A stretch of DNA of 64,000 nt from a virus (lineage: Duplodnaviria; Caudoviricetes). A program made the translations under genes and the position numbers. Every line of letters starts with the position of its first letter. Positions within the stretch are counted from its first letter, which is position 1. Below are positions 35,919 through 44,040 of the stretch, one piece after another. The stretch covers positions 12,001 to 76,000 of the IMG/VR virus record IMGVR_UViG_3300033075_001504; one strand, written 5' to 3'. The notes below the pieces were generated by a model that was not told the origin of the DNA, did no database searches, and worked only from the letters and a program-made list of their open reading frames with translations.

Positions 35919-36149
35919 GCCAAGGCGAGCCGGGACATGGCGTGGCTTGGTAAGGCGTGACACGGCGTGGCACGGCTGGATCTGGCCTGGCAAGGCGCGG
36001 CTGGGCAAGACCGGGCAAGTCTGGGCCCGGCAAGGCGGGCCAAGGCGCGCCGAGCCGTGGCGACGGCGAGGCACGGCAAGCCCGGGCGTGGCGAGGCAGG
36101 GCGCGACACGGCAAGCCCGGTCTCGGCGTGGCACGGCAAGGCAAGGAAC
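35919..36149 (+). repeat. GGY-NN pentamer array 3b (46 units; one extra C at 36064)
   Basis: 29 units 35919-36063 plus 17 units 36065-36149; 31/46 GGY; ends 32 nt before the RAMP ATG. Confidence 0.9.
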
Positions 36150-36181
36150 CATCCATCGAACAGGAAGGCAAGGACAGAACC

Positions 36182-36847
36182 ATGGCACGTACGAGCACGA
36201 TGAATCAGGAGCCCGTCGCCCTCGGTGGTGACGTGAGCAACGCAGGGGAGAGCGCGATCCTCACGGGGGCGCCCTACATGGCGACGGTGACCATCAAGGG
36301 CACCGCGCCGATCCTGTTCCACCGCTGGCAGACCGACGCGGTGGAGGCCAAGGCGAAGGCGGCCAAGAACTCCACGGCCAAGAAGACCGACGACGTGGAG
36401 TCCTACGTCTACCGCGACGAGCAGGGCGTCATCTGCCTGCCCGGCGTCTACCTGCTCGGGTCGATCACCGACCCGCGCAATGGCGCGGCCAAGTACCGGC
36501 AGGACCCGCGGTCCCCGCGCAAGAGCGCGCTGGACCTCTACAAGGCCGGGGTCATCGCGATGACCGACCTCGCGCCGATCACCCGTGCCGACGGCGAGCT
36601 CGCCACGGCGTGGGACTACACCGACCGCCGCCGGGTCACCGTGCAGCGGGCGGGCATCACCCGCGAGCGCCCGGCGTTCGCGGCGGGCTGGTCGGCCACG
36701 GTCGACTTCATGGTCACCACGCCCGAGTACATCAAGCCCGCCGACCTGCTCGACGTCCTCACCAAGGGCGGCCTGCTGGTCGGCGTCGCGGACTACCGGC
36801 CCACCTTCGGCCGGTTCCAGGTGGTCAACTTCGCGGAGATCCCGTGA
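36182..36847 (+). CDS. Stand-alone Cas7/RAMP-like protein (Vipr-like, 221 aa)
   Basis: N-terminal RRM strand ATVTIKGTAPILFH, central thumb-like YTDRRRVTVQRAGITRERP, C-terminal Gly-loop GGLLVGVADYRPTFGRFQV; ATG at 36182 after GGAAGG. Confidence 0.75.
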   Translation: MARTSTMNQEPVALGGDVSNAGESAILTGAPYMATVTIKGTAPILFHRWQTDAVEAKAKAAKNSTAKKTDDVESYVYRDEQGVICLPGVYLLGSITDPRNGAAKYRQDPRSPRKSALDLYKAGVIAMTDLAPITRADGELATAWDYTDRRRVTVQRAGITRERPAFAAGWSATVDFMVTTPEYIKPADLLDVLTKGGLLVGVADYRPTFGRFQVVNFAEIP

Positions 36848-37293
36848 GCATCCACCTGCGCAACGGGCTGTACACCGCCTGCGGGCGGCAGGTCTCCGGC
36901 ACCATCCGGGCCACCCAGGACACCTCGGCGGTGGACTGCTACCAGTGCCGTTCCACCAACGCGTACGGCGATCGTCTCCGCGCAGACCGGAACCTGACCG
37001 CCCCGCTCCTGAACAGCAACCTCACCGCCGACCAGCACGCCATCAAGGTGGTGCTGGACCAGGTGTTCGAGTCGGCCTACCGGGAGGCGGACGACCAGGG
37101 ATACTGCGACGTCTTCGACGACATCGTGGGCGACATCACGATCCCGTCCTGGTACACCCTGCCTCCGCGCAAGAAGAAGTGGCGGATCTCGGCCCGCTAC
37201 GACTCGACGGTCGACGCGGCCACCGAGGAGGAGGCCCTTCAGGTGATCGCCGAGAACCCCGGCGACTACCTCAGCGTCTACAAGGACTCCTGA
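36844..37293 (+). CDS. Hypothetical protein with N-terminal Zn finger (149 aa)
   Basis: HLR..TACG..VDCYQC; GTGA overlap with RAMP gene. Confidence 0.7.
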   Translation: MSIHLRNGLYTACGRQVSGTIRATQDTSAVDCYQCRSTNAYGDRLRADRNLTAPLLNSNLTADQHAIKVVLDQVFESAYREADDQGYCDVFDDIVGDITIPSWYTLPPRKKKWRISARYDSTVDAATEEEALQVIAENPGDYLSVYKDS

Positions 37294-37339
37294 CGTTCGA
37301 CACCGGCTCTATCGTGAGGGACAACCTCGAGGAGGACGC

Positions 37340-37888
37340 ATGATCAAGGCCCTGGCCACGCTCGGTGTGGCCGCCCTGCTGACGCTCGGCACCGCCGGGA
37401 CGGCCAGCGCGCACGAGCACCACCCCAAGCCGTCCTGCTCGCCGTCGGCATCCCCGACCCCGACCAAGACGCCCACCCCGACGCCGACTCCCACCGAGTC
37501 GACGCCGACCCCGACTCCCACCACGGAGTCGCCGACCCCCACGCCGACGACGCAGTCCCCGACTCCGACGCCGACGACGGAGTCACCCACCCCCACCCCC
37601 ACGGAGCCCACCGAGTCGCCCTCGGAGTCTCCGTCCGAGTCGGACTCGCCCAGCGCGACACCGAGCGAGTCCACCGCAACGCCCACGCCGAGCGAGTCGA
37701 GCCCGTCCGCGACGGGGACCCCGACTCCCTCGGTCGACCCGTCCACGACCCCGTCCCCGAGCGTCACGCCTCGGGAGCTGGCGCACACCGGTGACGAGCC
37801 GGGGGTCGTGCTGGGGCTGGGCCTGCTCGCCCTGGGGATCGGCATCGTCTCTCTGCTCGTCACGAGGCGGAGCGGCAGCCACTCCTAG
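37340..37888 (+). CDS. Secreted Pro/Thr/Ser-rich protein with LAxTG sortase anchor (182 aa)
   Basis: Signal peptide (ASA|H), (PT)n stalk, LAHTG plus TM plus RR. Confidence 0.85.
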   Translation: MIKALATLGVAALLTLGTAGTASAHEHHPKPSCSPSASPTPTKTPTPTPTPTESTPTPTPTTESPTPTPTTQSPTPTPTTESPTPTPTEPTESPSESPSESDSPSATPSESTATPTPSESSPSATGTPTPSVDPSTTPSPSVTPRELAHTGDEPGVVLGLGLLALGIGIVSLLVTRRSGSHS

Positions 37889-38015
37889 GCACGTCGCACG
37901 GACGTCAAGGCCACTGCGGTCCTGTCTCGCTTGCTCTCAACGGGACCGGGAACCATGGTGGGAGAGTGCGCTTGGAACCTTCCGCACGTAGACACCACCA
38001 GCGTCCTGAGACGAC

Positions 38016-38051
38016 AGAGCCCCCCGGCCCCTTCGGGGGCCGGGGGGCTTT
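38016..38051. terminator. Strong hairpin at convergence of accessory and structural operons
   Basis: agagccccccggcccc-ttcg-ggggccggggggcttt. Confidence 0.85.
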
Positions 38052-38064
38052 GCCATGTCCGGAC

Positions 38065-38352
38065 TCAGCCGATGAGGACGTCCAGGACCGGAGAACCGGC
38101 CGAGGAGACCACGAAGGTGTTGCCCAGGCCCTCGACCTCGGTCAGGGTGATGACCGCTCCCGGCTTGAGCCGGTAGCCGGTGGGGGCCGCGGCCGCCGAG
38201 TACCCGATGAGGATGTCGTTGGTCGCGTCGTTGTTGCGCAGGATGACGTTGCCGCCCCCGCGCGGGACGTACTGGAGGATGTCGGTGACGCCCAGCCCGC
38301 TCAGCAGGCTGGCGGGCGTGGTGGTCACGGTGACCTGCTTGCCGAGTGCCAT
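38065..38352 (-). CDS. Small beta-sandwich virion protein (95 aa)
   Basis: MALGKQVTVTTTPASLL..VILRN..GYRLKPG; last gene after the tape measure. Confidence 0.7.
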   Translation of the reverse strand: MALGKQVTVTTTPASLLSGLGVTDILQYVPRGGGNVILRNNDATNDILIGYSAAAAPTGYRLKPGAVITLTEVEGLGNTFVVSSAGSPVLDVLIG

Positions 38353-38360
38353 GGGTGCTC

Positions 38361-41300
38361 CTAGATGGTCGACCCGCGCAGCTTGTTGGCGCGGGAGATT
38401 GCGGCGATCTTGGCGGCCATCTTCTCGGGGTCGTTGGTCTGGACCGCGATGGTGGCGCCGGTGATGTTGTAGTTGGTGGTCGAGACCGTCCGGCTGTTCA
38501 CCGTGCGGTTGTTGGTGGTGCGGGTGCTCACCGACGCCGGGGCGTTGCGGTAGCCCGAGTGCTCGCCCTGCGTCCCCGAGGAGTTGCTGGTCGCGTCCAT
38601 CGAGGTGAAGAACTCCGGGAAGGCCGCCTTGATCGTGTTGAGCTCGTTCATGGTGATCTGGCCGGTCTTGCCCAGGTTGTTCTTCACCAGCGTCTGGGCC
38701 TTGTTGAACATCGTGGTGAAGTCCCCGACGTACTCCTTGCTCATCAGGTCCAGGTCCTCCTTGGCCCGGGCCTGCTGGGTCTTGCGCGCGGCGGCCATCC
38801 GGGCCATGCCCTTGTTGAACTCCTCGATGCCGCGGCTCATCGCGGTCTGGAAGTCCTTGGCCGAGCGGGTGTAGGACTGGTTGAGGTCGGAGGTCACCAG
38901 CGAGCTCGTCGCGCTCTGGCGGGACTTGGCCAGCGCGTTGAACTGGTTGATGTCGTTCTTGGTCATCTCCTGGGCGAGCTCCTCGACCTGCTGGGCGTTC
39001 GCCGGGTTGGCGAGGTCGAGCATGTCGATGACCTGCTGGCTCAGGCCGAGCTTCTTGAGCCTGCGCAGGTTGGCCACCTGCTGCTTGATCCGGCGGGTCT
39101 GGTCGGCCAGGTTCTGCTTGATCGTCCCGACGTCGGCGGTGTAGGTGGAGTAGACCCGCTGGAACGGGTTGTAGATCGTCTTGGCGGCGTCCTCCTGCAT
39201 CCGCTTGACGCTCTTGTGGTAGTCCTCGTAGGAGTGCCGGGACTGGGTCTGGAAGTCCTCCTGGGCGTAGCCGCGCTGGCGGTAGTAGTCCTCGTCGCTG
39301 CGCTTCATCGACCGGGCGAAGTCCTCCTGGGCCTTCACCATGTTCTGGAGGTACTGGTAGTAGGACGCCTTCTGGCCCTCGTAGGCCTGCTTGGCCTCGA
39401 TCTGGCGCTGCACGGTCTCGGTGGTGGGCGCCTCGTTCATCACCGACTGGTAGCGGGTCTGGGCCCCACGCAGCCGCCCCACCCGGCCCTGGTAGACGTC
39501 GGCGAACTGCTGGTCCACCCCGGCCAGCCCCTGGGCCTGCTTGGCGAGGTTGTAGAGCGCACCGTACTTGGCGTCCGGGGTGGACGCGCCCTCCTCGGCC
39601 AGGATGCCCTGGAGGATCGAGGGGATCTTGTTCACGTCGCCCTTGGCCTGCGCCTTGGCCTTGGCGTAGAGCTGGAGGGCGGCGTTGGCCAGCGTGGAGG
39701 AGTCCCCGCTGGTGAGCGCCTGGTTGAGCACCCCCGAGGTGATGTCGAACCCCTTGCCCTTGAGGCCCTTCACCGTGGGGTCCTCGCTGGACACCATGAG
39801 CTTGGGGAGGTTGCCCGCCGCGGCCTTGGCCGAGCCGAAGACGACGCCCTGGCCCTCCCAGGACTGCCGGTACTTCCCGAAGTCGGAGTCCGAGCCCTGG
39901 GCGGCGAGGAACTCGGCGGCCGAGCGGTACTCGCCCTTGCGCTGCATCATCGACGCGGCGGTGTAGTTGAAGTTGAAGCCGTACTGCTTCTCGATCTGCG
40001 CGATGGCCTCGGTGCGGTTGGCGGCCGCCGTCGGGCTGCGGTCGTCGGGGTTGGAGAAGACCTTGTCCAGCAGCGCGTAGAGCCCGGCGACCTTGGCCTG
40101 GTTGGCGGCCTTGTCGCCGTAGAGCGAGGCGTTGGCGGTGTACTGGCCGACCGCCCCGAGCCCCAGCTTCGTGCGCGCCTGGGCGTCGTCGCTGGCGTCG
40201 CGGCCGAAGAAGCTCCAGAACCCGCTGGAGGCCGACTGGTCGATCCCGCTGCCCATCGCGTTCGAGATGTCGTCGATCCCGAACTTGCCGCCGTTCATGT
40301 AGAGGTCGATCGCCTTGTTGCCCTCGCCGAAGGGAAGCGCGCGGCGGACGTCCTGCATCGCGGACTTGATGACGTTGGGATCGTTGGTGTTCAGCGTGCG
40401 CAGGTAGGCGGCACCCTGCTCGGCGGTGTTGATGCCCGAGGTGTTGGGGTTGGTGGTCTTGTTCCCCATGTCGGTCTTGGCCGCCCGGGCGGCCTGGGAC
40501 AGGCTGGTCACCTCGGAGGAGGCCTGGAAGGCCGCGCTGGCCAGGTTGGCGATGTTGGTGGTCGCCTGCCCGAGAGCCGAGGTGTAGGGGGTGTTCTGGT
40601 TGTAGTCGGCCATCGTCATGCCCGCGATGCGCTGCTTGCGCTCGTCGTTGGCATTGAGCAGGTAGGACACGCCCATCGCCCCGGCCAGGCCCATCCCGAT
40701 CGGGCCGCCCAGGAAGTTCAGCGCCGCGCCACCGGCCGAGCGGAGCAGCCCGCCGCCCATCTGGGCGAGGCCGCGGACGCCGCCGGTGGCCTGCGCCGCC
40801 ACGAAGGCTCCGGTGGCCTTGGTGGCGGCGAACATGGACCGGGTGAAGCCGTCCGTGCTCATCACGGCACCCTTGAGCGCCGCCCCGAGGCTGATGCTGC
40901 TGCTGCCGCGTGCCCAGCCCTCGACCGGGGACTCGCGGTAGAACCGGGCCATGTCGTTGACGCCGACCGTCCACAGCCGCGGCACCATCCCGAGCGCGCG
41001 GTCCCGCATGCCGCTCACGCCGCCCCCGGAGGGGGAGAGGAAGCCGAGGTTGGACCCCAGCCGGTAGCCCAGGGACTCCAGGCGGCCCTGGGTGCCCGCC
41101 TGGTAGCGGTTGAAGTACTCCCCGGAGGGGGCGCCGCCAGCCCGGGCGCTGCCGAAGGCCTCGCCGAAGGCGCCCCGCGCCCTGGAGTTGCGCAGCCAGT
41201 TCAGCGCCGCCACCGGGGCCAGGAAGGAGCCGAGCTGGGCCATGATGCCCGCCCCGCCCATCGCGAGGCCGCCGACCCCGGCCATTGCCCCGCCCGCGGA

Positions 41301-42485
41301 GAAGACCCCGGTGAGCTTGGCCGCCTGGCCGAGCATGGTGTTGACGACGTCGAGGCTCTTGGTCAGCGGGGTGAGCCAGAACTGGCCGATCGAGGTGCCG
41401 ATGTCCTGGGTGATGTTGCGGAGCTCCTCGAAGGCGTCGGTGAGCCCCTTGGTCGCCCCGTAGCCGGTGTCCGTGCTGCCGTCGCCGTAGCCGCCCATGG
41501 CAGTCTGGACGAGCTTCTCGATGCCACCGGCCTGGGCGGCCATCGTCTGCATCGCCTTGGCCGCGCGGGCGCCGTCGATGCCCATCCGGTCCAGGATCTG
41601 GATGGACTGCGGGCCGCCCTTGGCGATGGCGTTGAAGACCTCGAGCACGCCCTTGGTCGAGCCCAGCCGCTTGAACTGGTCGACGGTCACCCCGACGATG
41701 GAGGCGTACTTGGCCAGCCCCGGACCGCCCGACTGGGTCTGGCGGACGATGTCGGACAGCATCGAGTTGAAGGTGTTGGCGGCCACGTAGCCGTCGTTGC
41801 CCGCCTGGACGAAGGCGGCCGACAGGCCCAGGACCGCCTTCTCGTTCATCCCCGCCACGCGCGCGATGGGCGCGATGGAGTTGGAGAACTCCGCGACGCT
41901 CTGAGCCGAGACCCCTGCGGTGGCCGAGACCTTGAGCAGCGAGTCGGTGAACTTCTGCATCTGGGTCGCGCCGCCGTCCAGCGTGCCCATCTGGCGGCCC
42001 AGTGTGATCATCGCGTTGGCGATGCTGGTGGCGCTCTCCCCCGCCGCCTTGCCGGTCTTGAGGAAGACCTCGGTCATCCCGCCGATCTGGCTCTGGGCCG
42101 AGAGGCCCATCTTGGAGATGGCGGTGGCGGTCGCGGTGATCTCGCCGCGCGAGACGCCCATCTCGCGGGTGAGCTGGCGCAGCTCGGTGCTGACCCCGGA
42201 CACCGAGCGCCCGGTGATGGCCGCCTGCGCGGACAGCGTGGAGAGCTGCTTCTCGTAGTTCGCGCTCATCGCGACCATCGAGCCGAGCATCGCCAGGTCG
42301 GCGGCCGCGAACAGCGTCATCTTCTTGCCGACGCGGCGCTGGAGCCCGTCGAGCTTGGTGGCCAGGGTGTCGACGGCGTGGGCCAGCGTGTTGGTGTCCT
42401 GGGTGGCCCCCTGGACCCCGGTGCGGTAGTCGCTGACGTCGGCCTTGATGTTGACGTTGGCGTCGCGGGACGCGTCCTGGCTCAT
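38361..42485 (-). CDS. Tape measure protein (1374 aa)
   Basis: NVNIKADVSDY start, Ala/Gly-rich amphipathic helices, position after chaperones. Confidence 0.93.
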   Translation of the reverse strand: MSQDASRDANVNIKADVSDYRTGVQGATQDTNTLAHAVDTLATKLDGLQRRVGKKMTLFAAADLAMLGSMVAMSANYEKQLSTLSAQAAITGRSVSGVSTELRQLTREMGVSRGEITATATAISKMGLSAQSQIGGMTEVFLKTGKAAGESATSIANAMITLGRQMGTLDGGATQMQKFTDSLLKVSATAGVSAQSVAEFSNSIAPIARVAGMNEKAVLGLSAAFVQAGNDGYVAANTFNSMLSDIVRQTQSGGPGLAKYASIVGVTVDQFKRLGSTKGVLEVFNAIAKGGPQSIQILDRMGIDGARAAKAMQTMAAQAGGIEKLVQTAMGGYGDGSTDTGYGATKGLTDAFEELRNITQDIGTSIGQFWLTPLTKSLDVVNTMLGQAAKLTGVFSAGGAMAGVGGLAMGGAGIMAQLGSFLAPVAALNWLRNSRARGAFGEAFGSARAGGAPSGEYFNRYQAGTQGRLESLGYRLGSNLGFLSPSGGGVSGMRDRALGMVPRLWTVGVNDMARFYRESPVEGWARGSSSISLGAALKGAVMSTDGFTRSMFAATKATGAFVAAQATGGVRGLAQMGGGLLRSAGGAALNFLGGPIGMGLAGAMGVSYLLNANDERKQRIAGMTMADYNQNTPYTSALGQATTNIANLASAAFQASSEVTSLSQAARAAKTDMGNKTTNPNTSGINTAEQGAAYLRTLNTNDPNVIKSAMQDVRRALPFGEGNKAIDLYMNGGKFGIDDISNAMGSGIDQSASSGFWSFFGRDASDDAQARTKLGLGAVGQYTANASLYGDKAANQAKVAGLYALLDKVFSNPDDRSPTAAANRTEAIAQIEKQYGFNFNYTAASMMQRKGEYRSAAEFLAAQGSDSDFGKYRQSWEGQGVVFGSAKAAAGNLPKLMVSSEDPTVKGLKGKGFDITSGVLNQALTSGDSSTLANAALQLYAKAKAQAKGDVNKIPSILQGILAEEGASTPDAKYGALYNLAKQAQGLAGVDQQFADVYQGRVGRLRGAQTRYQSVMNEAPTTETVQRQIEAKQAYEGQKASYYQYLQNMVKAQEDFARSMKRSDEDYYRQRGYAQEDFQTQSRHSYEDYHKSVKRMQEDAAKTIYNPFQRVYSTYTADVGTIKQNLADQTRRIKQQVANLRRLKKLGLSQQVIDMLDLANPANAQQVEELAQEMTKNDINQFNALAKSRQSATSSLVTSDLNQSYTRSAKDFQTAMSRGIEEFNKGMARMAAARKTQQARAKEDLDLMSKEYVGDFTTMFNKAQTLVKNNLGKTGQITMNELNTIKAAFPEFFTSMDATSNSSGTQGEHSGYRNAPASVSTRTTNNRTVNSRTVSTTNYNITGATIAVQTNDPEKMAAKIAAISRANKLRGSTI

Positions 42486-43299
42486 GTCACCTCCTGGCGC
42501 GCGCGGCGGGCCTCGAGCATCTGGCGCTGGTGCTCGCGGTGGGCCGCCTCCATGGCGAGCTGGCGCTGGGCCGCGGCACGGGTGTTGGTGGGCTCCAGCA
42601 CGACGTAGGTACCGGGCTGGTCGGTGCCCTGGTCATGCTTCACGTAGCACCCCTGACACAGCTTCTCCACCGGCTCGTAGGCATGGCGGGAACCACCCTG
42701 GAGCGGGTCCCACTCCCAGTCTGACGTGCCGCACAAGGAACACCGGTCGTTCTTGTGCCCGAAGAAGGCGATGGCCTTCGCCTGGTCCTCCGGGGACCAA
42801 CCGAGGAACTCCGAGTGGGGGATGCCGTGCTCGGAGCAGATCGTCAGCTCGACCTCGAGCTGGCGGTCTCGCCTCAGTCGGTCCCGGTAGTAGGGACCAG
42901 CTCGAAGCCGCTCTGGCACAGGCCCATCGCGGTGACCAGCAGGCCGCCGAGCTCGCCGGAGGACCAGTCCGGGGACTTCCAGAGCTCGCGCCAGTCCTCC
43001 TCGGCGATCTTGGGCTCCACGACCACCCGGCTCAGCAGCGCGGGGGCGAGCTTGTCCTGGTCGTAGACGTCGCCCTTGGCGATGCCCTGCTTGGTCGGCG
43101 GGCACTCGTCGATGAGGGCGTCGAACTCCCGGCGGCTGATCGCCCGGAACAGGAAGGAGACCGGCTCGTCGGAGCCGGGGATGGTGACGGTGACCTCGCG
43201 CTCCGCACGCTTCTTGCCCTTGAGCATGTCCAGCGTGGCGCGCTTGGCGGCCTTGGACTGCTCGGTGCGGGCGGCGACGACCTCGGTCTCGGTGGGCAT
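42482..43299 (-). CDS. Tail assembly chaperone, -1 frameshifted long form (shift near 42891-42898)
   Basis: Downstream frame PYYRDRLRRDRQLEVELTICSEHGIPHSEFLGW has no good start and overlaps the chaperone end at GGTCCCTA. Confidence 0.75.
42874..43299 (-). CDS. Tail assembly chaperone (141 aa)
   Basis: FRAISRREFDALIDECPP..YDQDKLAPALL; between tail tube and tape measure. Confidence 0.85.
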   Translation of the reverse strand: MPTETEVVAARTEQSKAAKRATLDMLKGKKRAEREVTVTIPGSDEPVSFLFRAISRREFDALIDECPPTKQGIAKGDVYDQDKLAPALLSRVVVEPKIAEEDWRELWKSPDWSSGELGGLLVTAMGLCQSGFELVPTTGTD

Positions 43300-43641
43300 G
43301 GCGCTCCTTCGGTGGGGTTAGACCTCGACCGAAGGCTAGTTGGCAGAGACGGAGACTGTCTCCCGGCGCGCCGCGCGGCCTGCGGCCTGGCGAGCACGGA
43401 AGGAGGGGCCGCGACGACGCTTGCGGGCAGGCTGGAGCGGAACGCCCACGATCAGGGGGACCGGGGTGAACAGGATGCCGTGGCAGGCCAGCACCTCGTT
43501 GCGGCGCTCCGAGCGCAGCAGGACGTCCAGCTCGAGCAGCGTGATCATCTGCGCGGTCTGGGAGATGGGGGAGTGCAGGGCGAGGGTGTCGCCCGGCGTC
43601 AGATGGATCGCACCAGGGGAAGGCATGGCCCGGACCCTACA

Positions 43642-43672
43642 ACACGAACGGCCCCCGAAGGGGCCGTTGTGT
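43642..43672 (-). terminator. Terminator hairpin closing the ncRNA
   Basis: aacggcccc-ttcg-ggggccgtt on minus strand, extended by acac/gtgt. Confidence 0.8.
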
Positions 43673-43932
43673 GGAAGCCGGGGTTCCTGTCTACCCGGAC
43701 CGGGGGATAGGTGCTACAGCCAGTAGTTCCCTCGGACGACGACCTACCTGCCAGCAGAGGACTTTGGGCTTGCAAGGCCCCGAGCTTCCCAGCCCAGGGG
43801 CTGAGTCTTGTTCCCGGCCCTCAGCAGGTTGCCCTCGGGCCTGGCGTCGAATGTCCTCGGTCGTCTGCGTTACAGCCGCACCTGTAGGTGCTGTTGTTCC
43901 GCCACTTCCTATCCCGGGCGCCCCTGGGAATG
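43645..43932 (-). ncRNA. Putative ~290-nt structured non-coding RNA
   Basis: Promoter upstream, terminator downstream, four nested helices read from the sequence (see finding). Confidence 0.65.
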
Positions 43933-43938
43933 GAGCAG

Positions 43939-43967
43939 AGCCTGCCGGAGAGTCGCCAAGGTGTCAA
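43939..43967 (-). promoter_or_regulatory. Promoter TTGACA-N17-CAGGCT
   Basis: Perfect -35, just downstream of the tail-tube terminator. Confidence 0.7.
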
Positions 43968-43973
43968 GCAGCA

Positions 43974-44020
43974 CGCAGGGGCGGCGCAGCGTCTTCCCCA
44001 GCCGCCGTACCGCCCCTGCG
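43974..44020 (-). terminator. Hairpin after tail tube gene
   Basis: cgcaggggcgg / ccgcccctgcg 11-bp inverted repeat. Confidence 0.65.
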
Positions 44021-44040
44021 ATCGCTCCCCACCAGGGAGA

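Noticed and set aside
33886-36149. Classical CRISPR array or simple microsatellite
   Set aside because: No 25-45 bp repeats with spacers. The period is 5 nt with a constant triplet and a non-repeating dinucleotide, unlike slippage-homogenised satellites
35769-36231. Track ORFs over the pentamer arrays (35769..36188, 35830..36231, 35839..36198, 34754..35050, 34864..35136, N-extension of 35957..36847)
   Set aside because: Arg/Gly/Ala or Pro/Cys/Leu low-complexity products of stop-poor repeats; the RAMP gene has a good RBS and ATG at 36182
37450-37770. DNA repeat element
   Set aside because: Degenerate repeats are explained by the Pro/Thr stalk coding sequence
43336-43626. 96-aa ORF between ncRNA terminator and tail chaperone
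   Set aside because: No RBS or motif; could be a leaderless small gene but unsupported, so not listed as a feature
43645-43932. Assigning the ncRNA as RNase P RNA or a group I intron
   Set aside because: Only fragments match (ACAGGAACCCGGCTT; AAGACTC..AAAGTCC). No upstream GAGGAAAGUCC CR-I, P4/P7 pairings imperfect, and it does not interrupt a gene
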